From positions 61 to 64,060 of the forward strand of contig CAMZEN010000007.1 of NCBI GenBank assembly GCA_947305775.1: DNA of 64,000 nt, in the 5' to 3' direction. This document shows, piece by piece, positions 8,675 through 16,759 of this stretch. This stretch comes from an uncultured Verrucomicrobiota bacterium. Its GTDB lineage: Bacteria > Verrucomicrobiota > Kiritimatiellia > RFP12 > UBA1067. The notes under the pieces were generated by a model, which searched no databases, was not told where the DNA came from, and saw only the letters and a list, made by a program, of their open reading frames with translations. The translations under genes were made by a program, and so were the position numbers. The stretch's first letter is position 1; every line of letters begins with the position of its first letter.

Positions 8675-9397
8675 ATGAAGAAACTCATGATTGCAGCGGC
8701 GGTTATGGCCGCCGGAGTCGCAATGGCAGATGGAATCGTAAGCTCGGATGTCGTCGGCTATCAGACAAAGACAACCGTAAGCGGGTTCAACTTCTTTACT
8801 CCTACGTTCAAGCAGGTAGGGGCTCCTGGAAAAACATTCAACATCAATGATATCGTTCTCGATCCAACAACAGCAACTGGTTACGGCGATAACATTCAGA
8901 TTCTTGACGAAGGTGGTTCTACAGTAGCCTCATATTACTGGATTCCAGCAGGTGATATTGTTGAAACTGCTTGCTGGACTGAAGATTTTGGGACGGCGGC
9001 GGATGTTGATTTTGAATCAGGTATGAGTTTCATCGTCGATACCTCAGCACCTGTTGCAGTTACTGTTGCTGGTCAAGTACTCACGGGAGATTTGACTGTT
9101 ACAGCAAACGCTGGATTCAATTTCATTGGCAATGCGTCACCAACAGCCATTGACATTCAGAAAATCACTCTTGATCCTACAACTGCAACTGGATATGGCG
9201 ACAACATTCAGATTCTTGATGACGGTGGAGCCACAATTGCATCGTATTATTGGATTCCTGCAGGAGACATAACAGAAAGCGCCTGCAGGACTGAGGATTT
9301 TGGTACAGCCGCTACTTATTCAATTGAGTCTGGATTAGGGTTCATTGTTGATGTCGCAAACGATAATGTTACTGTGACGATCCCCATGGCTCTCTAA
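8675..9397 (+). CDS. secreted tandem-repeat protein, paralog A3 (divergent repeat domain)
   Basis: Leader and first ~35 codons are about 90% identical at DNA level to A1/A2. The sequence then diverges into a different two-fold repeat (…LDPTTATGYGDNIQILD(E/D)GG…YYWIPAGDI…EDFGTAA…). Confidence 0.7.
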   Translation: MKKLMIAAAVMAAGVAMADGIVSSDVVGYQTKTTVSGFNFFTPTFKQVGAPGKTFNINDIVLDPTTATGYGDNIQILDEGGSTVASYYWIPAGDIVETACWTEDFGTAADVDFESGMSFIVDTSAPVAVTVAGQVLTGDLTVTANAGFNFIGNASPTAIDIQKITLDPTTATGYGDNIQILDDGGATIASYYWIPAGDITESACRTEDFGTAATYSIESGLGFIVDVANDNVTVTIPMAL

Positions 9398-9451
9398 ACG
9401 ATTTTGTCCGGCAATGGGTCGGATGAATACAAAGAAAAGGAAAATAACAAA

Positions 9452-10039
9452 ATGAAAAAGATAATGCTTGCGCTCAGTATAGCGCTTACAGCAGGGGTGA
9501 TGCAGGCTGCGTCACTTAACTGGGTTGTAGCAGGAGTCACCCTGCCAGAAACAACAACACCCGCAAATGGCGTTGCTGTCTATATGTTCCTTACGGCTGC
9601 TGGTGGAAACACCTTAAGCTTCGTTCCTACTGCATCACTTACAACCGTTTCTGAGGTTGAGAGTGCTATTACAGGGGGTACATTTACCGGTGCGGGTGCA
9701 TACGTTAGTTCAACGCTGAATTCGTCAGGTGCCACTACAGCGGCAACAGGCGTCAGCACTTCTTTTGGAGCTGGCGATTCGCTCACGGCATTTGCAGTCA
9801 TTTTTGACAATGCAGATGTATCGCTAGCGACAAGCTATATGATCGCTCAAAGCGCGACTGGCGATACTGAACTTTCTCAATCGTGGACATCATCAACAGG
9901 CGCGAAAGTTCTTAACTGGGGCAACCAGACAACCAACGGCACGACCTGGACTTCAATGGCCGCCGTCCCAGAGCCGACGAGCGGATTGCTCATGCTCCTC
10001 GGCATGGCTGGCTTGGCGCTTCGTCGTCGCCGCGCGTAA
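9452..10039 (+). CDS. PEP-CTERM sorting domain-containing protein, paralog B3 (divergent mature domain)
   Basis: RBS AAAAGGAAAA. Signal peptide MKKIMLALSIALTAGVMQA. The Thr/Ser/Gly-rich middle is unlike B1/B2. The final ~75 nt encoding VPEPTSGLLMLLGMAGLALRRRRA are nearly identical to B1/B2. Confidence 0.75.
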   Translation: MKKIMLALSIALTAGVMQAASLNWVVAGVTLPETTTPANGVAVYMFLTAAGGNTLSFVPTASLTTVSEVESAITGGTFTGAGAYVSSTLNSSGATTAATGVSTSFGAGDSLTAFAVIFDNADVSLATSYMIAQSATGDTELSQSWTSSTGAKVLNWGNQTTNGTTWTSMAAVPEPTSGLLMLLGMAGLALRRRRA

Positions 10040-10061
10040 CCGTCGATTAAGCCCGACAACG

Positions 10062-10096
10062 AAAGAAGCCGCACTCCTTCGAGTGCGGCTTTTATT
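10062..10096 (+). terminator. REP-like hairpin terminator downstream of B3
   Basis: GAAGCCGCACTCcttcGAGTGCGGCTTTTATTTATTG. Perfect 11-bp stem followed by a T-run. Confidence 0.55.
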
Positions 10097-10109
10097 TATT
10101 GACCAATGA

Positions 10110-10275
10110 CTGTTTGTGGTATTGACGGGTGACATGATATAATACAAATGCAATGCGTTTAGAATACTCGAAAACCAGGAAGCGCATAACCCGTCGGCTG
10201 CACACGCATTTCGCCGCAATTGCCTCGCAATGAACGACATCGCCACGAAGCTTTGCGGTGAATATAATAAAGCCG
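10110..10275 (+). pseudogene. internally deleted remnant of the IS200/RAYT-like gene (5' ~60 bp joined to 3' ~90 bp)
   Basis: 10121-10190 aligns to 5520-5580 (…GATATAATAC…ATGCGTTTAGAATACTCGAAAAC…). 10195-10270 aligns to 6735-6805 (…CATTTCGCCGCAATTGCCTCGCAATGAACGACATCGCCACGAAGCTTTGCGGTGAATA…). Confidence 0.5.
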
Positions 10276-10309
10276 CGCTGGGGTAAGATGTGCTATAATA
10301 TGCTACATC

Positions 10310-10684
10310 ATGGAAGCAAAACCATTAGGCATAATCGCAACTGTCGCCATGCTCGTCATGAGCAACCTTTTCATGACCTTCGCCTGGTATTGGCACCTTC
10401 GGCTCCAAAAGCCCGGCGCATCACATTGGCCCCTTCTCGCCATAATATTTGTGAGCTGGCTGATCGCCCTGGTCGAATACATGATAGCCGTTCCGGCCAA
10501 CAGGGTAGGTGTAGCCTCCGGCCTTAACGTCGCGCAGCTCAAGATAATCCAGGAGGTGGTTACCGTCTGCGTATTCGTTCCGTTCATGATCCTTTTCATG
10601 GGCGAGAAATGGCGTTGGGACTACCTCTGGGCCCTTCTGTGCATGGTGGGCGCTGTCTACTTCGTCAACCGGTCCAAGCTCTAG
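10310..10684 (+). CDS. DMT-family small membrane protein (DUF486)
   Basis: 124-aa protein with four predicted transmembrane helices. The SNLFMTFAWYWHLRL motif is typical of the DUF486 family. A TATAAT box lies ~10 nt upstream of the ATG, suggesting a possible leaderless transcript. Confidence 0.65.
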   Translation: MEAKPLGIIATVAMLVMSNLFMTFAWYWHLRLQKPGASHWPLLAIIFVSWLIALVEYMIAVPANRVGVASGLNVAQLKIIQEVVTVCVFVPFMILFMGEKWRWDYLWALLCMVGAVYFVNRSKL

Positions 10685-10709
10685 CGGAAATCCGGGCGAC
10701 GACCGTCAT

Positions 10710-12203
10710 ATGCGACTCCTATCCCAACGGCTTCTTCTGATCCTCCTTCTATGCCTTGCCGCGCCGGCGTTCGCGGCGAAGCCAAAGGCCATCGTGCTCT
10801 TCTATGCCGACGATCTCGGTTATGGCGACACATCCGCATATGGCCAGGCGAAGGTGCCGACGCCAAACCTCGAGCGCCTCGCGAGCGAAGGATGCCGCTT
10901 CTGCGACGCGCATTCGGCGACGCCGATCTGCACGCCATCGCGCTTTTCGCTGCTTACCGGACGCTACGCCTTTCGCAGACCTGGAACCCGCATACTCGAC
11001 GGCGATGCAAAGCTGATCCTGCCGGTGGAGGGCTCGGGCGAAGAGAATGTTACGCTGCCCGTCCTCATGAAACGCGCCGGATACCGCACCGCCGCAATCG
11101 GCAAGTGGCACCTCGGGCTCGGCAAGGGCGACGCCCCGATCGACTGGAACGGCACCATAAAGCCCTCGCCGCGCGAGGTCGGTTTCGACAAGTCGTTCGT
11201 GATGGCCGCGACCGCAGACCGCGTCCCCTGCGTATTCGTCGAGGACGGCGCCGTGGTCGGACTTGATCCGAATGATCCGATAGAGGTTTCGTATGACAAC
11301 GCGGAGCGCAAGTGGCCGGACGAGCTCACTGCGCATTCCAACCCCGAGCTTCTTAAGGAATGGGGGCGCCCTTCCGACCGCCAGCACGACAAGACGATAA
11401 TCGACGGCATCTCACGCATCGGCCACATGCGTGGAGGCAAGTCGGCCATATGGAAGGACCAGGATATCGCCGACCGCATAACCGCAGAAGCCGAGGCGTT
11501 CATAAAGGAATCATCAGGAAAGCCCATATTCCTCTACTTCGCGACAAACGACATACATGTGCCGCGCGACCCGTCGCCGCGCTTCAGAGGCGTCAGCAAG
11601 CTCGGCATACGCGGCGACGCGACAGTGCAGATGGACGATTGCCTAGGACGGATCCGCAAGGCGCTTGCGGAAAACGGATACAACGACACCCTCTTCATAT
11701 TCACGAGCGACAACGGTCCCAAGGTGTCCGACGGCTACGAGGATGGCGCACGCGACGACTGGGCGGACGAAAACCCCGCCGCGCCCTTCCGTGGCGGCAA
11801 GTATACGGTCTACGAAGGCGGAACCAGAATGCCCATGATCGTCGCGTGGCCCGGACGCGTCAAGCCGGGGACGGAGAACCATGCATTGATCTCACAAACG
11901 GACTTCGCGCGTTCGCTTGCCAAGATAGTGGATGTCGAGGTTCCGGCAGGAGCCTGCAGCGACAGCCAGGAACTCTCATATGTCCTTCTAGGCGACAGCG
12001 AGAAAGGCAGGGAAAGCCTCGTTGAGCAACCGGCGTGGGGCGCATGGGGCTACAGGAAAGGCGCATGGAAGCTGATAGACTCCGCCGAGCCTCAACTTTA
12101 CTTCCTCGACGACGACCCTGGTGAGCGAAACAACCTCGCCAAAGAGCAGCCCGCAAAGGTGGCCGAACTGCGCGCCGAACTCCGGGCGCTGACCGCCCAA
12201 TAG
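10710..12203 (+). CDS. arylsulfatase (formylglycine-dependent sulfatase family)
   Basis: Signal peptide is present. The sulfatase signature (…LFYADDLGYGDTSAYG…ATPICTPSRFSLLTGRY…) contains the C-x-P-x-R formylglycine motif. 497 aa. Confidence 0.9.
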   Translation: MRLLSQRLLLILLLCLAAPAFAAKPKAIVLFYADDLGYGDTSAYGQAKVPTPNLERLASEGCRFCDAHSATPICTPSRFSLLTGRYAFRRPGTRILDGDAKLILPVEGSGEENVTLPVLMKRAGYRTAAIGKWHLGLGKGDAPIDWNGTIKPSPREVGFDKSFVMAATADRVPCVFVEDGAVVGLDPNDPIEVSYDNAERKWPDELTAHSNPELLKEWGRPSDRQHDKTIIDGISRIGHMRGGKSAIWKDQDIADRITAEAEAFIKESSGKPIFLYFATNDIHVPRDPSPRFRGVSKLGIRGDATVQMDDCLGRIRKALAENGYNDTLFIFTSDNGPKVSDGYEDGARDDWADENPAAPFRGGKYTVYEGGTRMPMIVAWPGRVKPGTENHALISQTDFARSLAKIVDVEVPAGACSDSQELSYVLLGDSEKGRESLVEQPAWGAWGYRKGAWKLIDSAEPQLYFLDDDPGERNNLAKEQPAKVAELRAELRALTAQ

Positions 12204-12208
12204 CAACT

Positions 12209-13183
12209 TCAGCTGCGCTGGCCGCGTTTAGACAAGGCCGCGTCGAGAACGTTGAACACACCGGCCATCAGCGCGCCGGATATCGAATGCCAGACGCACG
12301 AGACTGCGGAGGCTATCGCCACCTCGGGCAGCGCCGGAAAGTGCCGCGCCGCAAGAACCGTCGCCAGACCGGCGTTCTGCATGCCGACCTCTATCGAAAT
12401 AGTGCGACGCTTGGGCTTCGTGAATCGGGCGACGACTCCAACAAGATAGCCAAGCACATAGCCAAGCGAATTATGGAGGAAGACGCCGACAAATATCAAA
12501 GCGCCGGACGAGGCGAAGTGGTGGCCATGCGCCGAGACGACCCCGCCCACTATCGCCGCAAGGCAAAGAACGGCGACACCCGGCATGACCTTCATCGTTT
12601 CACGATATACAGCACGATGCCCGAACCATGCATTAAAGCCGAATCCCAGGGCGACCGGCATTATGGTAACGATCAAGATCGAGCGGAACATTCCGATGGC
12701 ATCCACCTCGATGCTCTCGCCCGCAAGCCACATCATAAGAAGCGGCGTCATAAGCGGCGCAACGAGAGTTGAAAGCGAGGTCATGCCCACCGAAAACGCC
12801 ACATCGCCCTTGCAAAGAAAGCTCATGATGTTCGACGAGACACCGCCCGGACAACAGCCGACCAGAATTAAACCAATGCCAACGGCTTTAGGCAGCCCCA
12901 GCCAGTGGACCAGGCACCATGCAATGAGCGGCATCAGCGTGAACTGCGCAACAGCGCCGATCAAGATATCTAATGGGCGCGATGCAAGAATGCGGAAATC
13001 CTCGCCTTTGAGCGTCATGCCCATGGAAAGCATGATCACTCCAAGAATCACGGTTTGGGTAGTGCCGCGAACCCAAGCGAACGACTCCGGCACAAAGTAT
13101 GTTGCAACGGCCACGAAACCGACAAACGCAGGGGTGTATTTGGCCAACCACGCGGAAACTATCTGCAAAACTTTCATATACAC
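12209..13183 (-). CDS. bile acid:sodium symporter (BASS) family transporter
   Basis: Polytopic membrane protein with the LILVGCCPGGVSSN motif characteristic of BASS/SBF transporters. Confidence 0.75.
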   Translation of the reverse strand: MYMKVLQIVSAWLAKYTPAFVGFVAVATYFVPESFAWVRGTTQTVILGVIMLSMGMTLKGEDFRILASRPLDILIGAVAQFTLMPLIAWCLVHWLGLPKAVGIGLILVGCCPGGVSSNIMSFLCKGDVAFSVGMTSLSTLVAPLMTPLLMMWLAGESIEVDAIGMFRSILIVTIMPVALGFGFNAWFGHRAVYRETMKVMPGVAVLCLAAIVGGVVSAHGHHFASSGALIFVGVFLHNSLGYVLGYLVGVVARFTKPKRRTISIEVGMQNAGLATVLAARHFPALPEVAIASAVSCVWHSISGALMAGVFNVLDAALSKRGQRS

Positions 13184-13211
13184 ATTAAAGCAAACAAGGT
13201 TCTAGTATAAA

Positions 13212-14294
13212 TCAGCGGCTTTCGGCCGCAAGCGCGAGGCGAAGACGCTGATCGGTATCGTTGCGCTTCAACGCATCAAGGAGGTCATCCATGTCGCCCT
13301 CAATTATCCGGTCAAGCGAATATAGCGTAAGGTCTATGCGGTGGTCGGTCATGCGGTTCTGCGGAAAGTTGTACGTTCTTATCCGCTCGGACCTGTCGCC
13401 GGACCCTCTCAGGGTAAGCCTGTCAGCGCCAAGTTTCGCCTCCTCTTCGCGCCGCTTAAGGTCGAGTATGCGCGCCTTCAACGTCGCAAAGCACTTCTCT
13501 CGGTTTCGCTGCTGCGAGCGCTCGTCCTGGCACACCGCAACAAGTCCAGTGGGCAGGTGGGTCATGCGAACCGCGCTCTCGGTCTTGTTTACGTGCTGAC
13601 CTCCAGCGCCGCCGGCGCAGAAAAGATCTATTCGAATATCCTTCTCGGGAATCTCCAGCTCGTCCTCTTCGTCCGCCTCCGGAAAGACGATCACCGTTGC
13701 GGCGGAGGTGTGGATGCGCCCCTGGGCCTCAGTCTCTGGAACGCGCTGCACGCGGTGCCCGCCAGACTCGTAGCGGAAGCGTCCATAAGCCCCTTCTCCT
13801 ATAACGGTGAATACAATCTCCTTGTATCCGTCAAGCGACGTGGCGTTGGAATGCATGACCGACACCTTCCAACCGTGCGCTTCGCAATAGCGGGAATACA
13901 TCCTGAAGAGGTCCCCGGCGAAAAGCGCGGCCTCATCCCCTCCGGTGCCGGCGCGGATCTCCATCACGGCGTTTCTCGGTTCAAACGGATCCGGCGGAAG
14001 AAGCGCCCCGAGTATCTTGTGCTCCAACTCCGGGATGGCGGCCTTTAGACTCTCAATCTCCGCCGCGGCCTCTTCCCTGAAATCCGGGTCGTCCAGAAGA
14101 GCCTCGTTGCCGCTTATATCCGAAAGCGCCTTGGTGTACGCAGCGAAATTCGCCTCTAGCTTCTTCAGAAAGGCATGATCGCGCAGCGTAGCGCGATAGC
14201 GCTTCGCATCCGACAAAACACTTGGGTCGCTCAGGTCCGACTCTACGGACGCCAAACGACCCAGAACGTTCTTTATCTTCCCGGTATCGAGCAA
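13212..14294 (-). CDS. prfA: peptide chain release factor 1
   Basis: GGQ motif (GAGGQHVNKTESAVRMTHLPTG). P-E-T tripeptide in RVQRVPETEAQGRIHTSAATV, the RF1-type PxT motif rather than the SPF of RF2. 360 aa. Confidence 0.85.
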   Translation of the reverse strand: MLDTGKIKNVLGRLASVESDLSDPSVLSDAKRYRATLRDHAFLKKLEANFAAYTKALSDISGNEALLDDPDFREEAAAEIESLKAAIPELEHKILGALLPPDPFEPRNAVMEIRAGTGGDEAALFAGDLFRMYSRYCEAHGWKVSVMHSNATSLDGYKEIVFTVIGEGAYGRFRYESGGHRVQRVPETEAQGRIHTSAATVIVFPEADEEDELEIPEKDIRIDLFCAGGAGGQHVNKTESAVRMTHLPTGLVAVCQDERSQQRNREKCFATLKARILDLKRREEEAKLGADRLTLRGSGDRSERIRTYNFPQNRMTDHRIDLTLYSLDRIIEGDMDDLLDALKRNDTDQRLRLALAAESR

Positions 14295-14297
14295 AGC

Positions 14298-14504
14298 TTA
14301 CTTGGCGAACTTCGCGTAACGCTTCTTGAACGAATCGACGCGGCCCTCGGTATCGACCATCGTCTTCTGTCCGGTGAAGTACGGATGGCACGCAGAGCAG
14401 GTGTTTACCGTCATCTCCTTCTTCGTGGAACGGGTGTGAATGACGTTGCCGCACGCGCATGTAATCGTGGCGTCGCCGTAAGCCGGATGGATGTCCTTTT
14501 TCAT
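14298..14504 (-). CDS. rpmE: 50S ribosomal protein L31
   Basis: MKKDIHPAYGDATITCACGNVIHTRSTKKEMTVNTCSACHPYFTGQ… The L31 zinc-ribbon protein, 68 aa. The longer ORF on the track is an upstream extension without support. Confidence 0.85.
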   Translation of the reverse strand: MKKDIHPAYGDATITCACGNVIHTRSTKKEMTVNTCSACHPYFTGQKTMVDTEGRVDSFKKRYAKFAK

Positions 14505-14572
14505 TTGTCTTCTTTCCCTTTCGAAAATTGAGTATATATTATACCGTTTTCTGCGCCAATGCGCAAGGGGGG

Positions 14573-15181
14573 TCATGATCCAGGATGAACGGGATGTCCA
14601 CCAGCCTTGCACAACGGGCACTCCTCGGCCGTCCAGGTCGTAGGCGTCATCTGGACGAGCGAGAACATAGGTATATCGCCAAAAGTCACCTTTCCGCCGG
14701 ACCTGTCGACAAGCAGCACGACTGCGGCGACTTCGCATCCCGCCGCCTTCACGAGATCGATTGTCTCCTGAACGCGCCCGCCTTTCGTGACGACATCCTC
14801 CGCAACGACATACCTCTCGCCTGGCTTGAGCGTGAATCTGCGCATCGCAAGAACCGTGTTTGGCTTGCCGGTTGCGTCCACACCCTCACCCTGCACCTTC
14901 TCCGCGAAAACACACTTTACGTCAAGCGCGCGAGCAACCTCGTGCCCGACAAGAATACCGCCGACGGCAGGCGAGATAACGCCGTCCACGCGCCCAAGGT
15001 CGCACCCCGCCTTGGCCTTCTCGACCACAGCATCGCAAAGCTTCGCGGCGATGCGGGGATAGCGCAGCACATTCGCACACTGGAAATACCTGTCGGAATG
15101 AAGCTTGGACCTTAGCTCGAAATGCCCGTCCAGCAATGCGCCAGTTTCCTTGAATGCCTCCAAAACCTCTTCTTGGGTCAT
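14573..15181 (-). CDS. pyrE: orotate phosphoribosyltransferase
   Basis: PRPP-binding motif YVVAEDVVTKGGRVQETIDLVKAAG. Overall type-I PRTase fold sequence. 202 aa. Confidence 0.8.
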   Translation of the reverse strand: MTQEEVLEAFKETGALLDGHFELRSKLHSDRYFQCANVLRYPRIAAKLCDAVVEKAKAGCDLGRVDGVISPAVGGILVGHEVARALDVKCVFAEKVQGEGVDATGKPNTVLAMRRFTLKPGERYVVAEDVVTKGGRVQETIDLVKAAGCEVAAVVLLVDRSGGKVTFGDIPMFSLVQMTPTTWTAEECPLCKAGGHPVHPGS

Positions 15182-15204
15182 GATGTAGTCCTTTCGTTGT
15201 TCAA

Positions 15205-15684
15205 TCAGTCAAGCCTCAACAGCTCATCCTTGGTGAAAGCCTGGGTCGGCGCCCCTTCTCCGTCAGCGCGTTCGATCATCTCCGGCACAGGCGCCCTGTA
15301 GTCCGTCGGCGGAGAGAAATCGCGCTTGGGGAAAGGTGCCGACCTTGCCGTGCGAGTCCTTATGGATATGTCCGCAACCGGATCCAACTTCGCTTCCGGT
15401 ATCTCCTCTGCGAATATGTCGAGCCTGAGCCTGCGCACGCTCTCCGCGCTAACCTGCCATGCAGAGCGCGCGGCAGCGACGATTCGCCGCTCCTCATCAC
15501 CGTCCAAGGTGACGAACGCGCATGATGCCGGTGTTTTGTCGCTCTGGGGCACCGAATGCGTAGATGGGGACAGTGCCTTGTATGGAAAAGAATAGAATAT
15601 CGCCACCGGCAAAGCGAGCGTGGCGACGAGCTGTGCGATCTCGATGCGCAGGCTTCTGCGCGGTCTGTAGACGCGGCCTCTCAT
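15205..15684 (-). CDS. hypothetical membrane protein (possibly TonB-like partner of ExbBD)
   Basis: N-terminal transmembrane helix followed by a Pro-containing region. Overlaps exbD by 4 bp. No confident family assignment. Confidence 0.35.
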   Translation of the reverse strand: MRGRVYRPRRSLRIEIAQLVATLALPVAIFYSFPYKALSPSTHSVPQSDKTPASCAFVTLDGDEERRIVAAARSAWQVSAESVRRLRLDIFAEEIPEAKLDPVADISIRTRTARSAPFPKRDFSPPTDYRAPVPEMIERADGEGAPTQAFTKDELLRLD

Positions 15685-16160
15685 TCCTTGGTGGCCTCCG
15701 CCGACTTGCTTGATACAAGGATTCGTTCAAGACCGCTGTTTCGCGCGACAGACGATATCTTCGTGATCTCTTCACAAGCCACTCGCCTGTCCGACAACAC
15801 AAGAAGAGTCTTGAAATCAATCTTTGCGGCGCGTTCCGCAAGATGCTCGCCGAAAGACGCCAAAGAGACTCCATCGTCAAGGGAATATCGCGCATCATCG
15901 AAGAAAACGCAAGTTTCATCCTGAAGCGGCAGCACGAGAGCGACAAGCGGCGTAGCCTCGCCGTCAATGGCATTCCCCTCCGGCAGGTCGAATATTATAC
16001 CCTCTGCCTTGGTGAGGGTGCCGCCGATCATGTGAAACATAAGCAGAAGCACACCCACAGTCAACCAGGGCACCGCGACATAAAAAGGCCTGAACCAGGC
16101 AGGCATATGGCGCCACATGCCCTCCGGACGCTCAGGCATCCACCCCCACGCCGACTTCAT
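15681..16160 (-). CDS. exbD: biopolymer transport protein ExbD/TolR
   Basis: Single N-terminal transmembrane helix plus periplasmic domain (…IIFDLPEGNAIDGEATPLVALVL…). 4-bp overlaps with both neighbours. Confidence 0.65.
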   Translation of the reverse strand: MKSAWGWMPERPEGMWRHMPAWFRPFYVAVPWLTVGVLLLMFHMIGGTLTKAEGIIFDLPEGNAIDGEATPLVALVLPLQDETCVFFDDARYSLDDGVSLASFGEHLAERAAKIDFKTLLVLSDRRVACEEITKISSVARNSGLERILVSSKSAEATKE

Positions 16161-16759
16161 TCGAGCCCCTTCTCGGTGAAATGGCCCACGATCTGACTCG
16201 CTGTCGCCTCCATCTCGACCACAAGCCTCTCCATCCTCAGGCGAAGCATTGCGAACATGACCGACACGGGAATGGCGACGGCAAGGCCCATGGCGGCGGA
16301 GATGGCGCTATCCATTGCAACGCCAAGCAGGTCCGCCCTGGAAACGACCTGCTCCGCATTCACCATGAGTATCGTCCTGATGAAACCGATGATCGTGCCG
16401 AACAACCCTATAAGCGGCGAGATGTTGCCTATTATGGCAAGAGTGGCAAGACGCCTGTTCAAATAGCTCGCCTCTGCACGGCCTTGCGCATCCACGGCCT
16501 CCCTGAGCGCACGGGGAGATCCGTTCCTATGACGTATAGCAGTTGCGACCACCCGCGACACCGGCACAGCCGTATCCTCGCACATTGCGAGGGCTTCATC
16601 CTCGTTGCCTCTGGAAAGGATGTTGATTATGCCCTCGACAAAGTCCTGGTAATCGATCTGCGCACGTCTAAGCTCGAAGAAACGCTCAAAAAAGACGATG
16701 AGCGCGGCCAAAGCCATGATCATCAAAATCCAGAATACGGGTCCCCCCGAAATCGTCAT
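16157..16759 (-). CDS. exbB: MotA/TolQ/ExbB proton-channel family protein
   Basis: Three transmembrane helices. The conserved C-terminal ExbB/TolQ region (…LATLAIIGNISPLIGLFGTIIGFI…) is present. Confidence 0.75.
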   Translation of the reverse strand: MTISGGPVFWILMIMALAALIVFFERFFELRRAQIDYQDFVEGIINILSRGNEDEALAMCEDTAVPVSRVVATAIRHRNGSPRALREAVDAQGRAEASYLNRRLATLAIIGNISPLIGLFGTIIGFIRTILMVNAEQVVSRADLLGVAMDSAISAAMGLAVAIPVSVMFAMLRLRMERLVVEMEATASQIVGHFTEKGLE

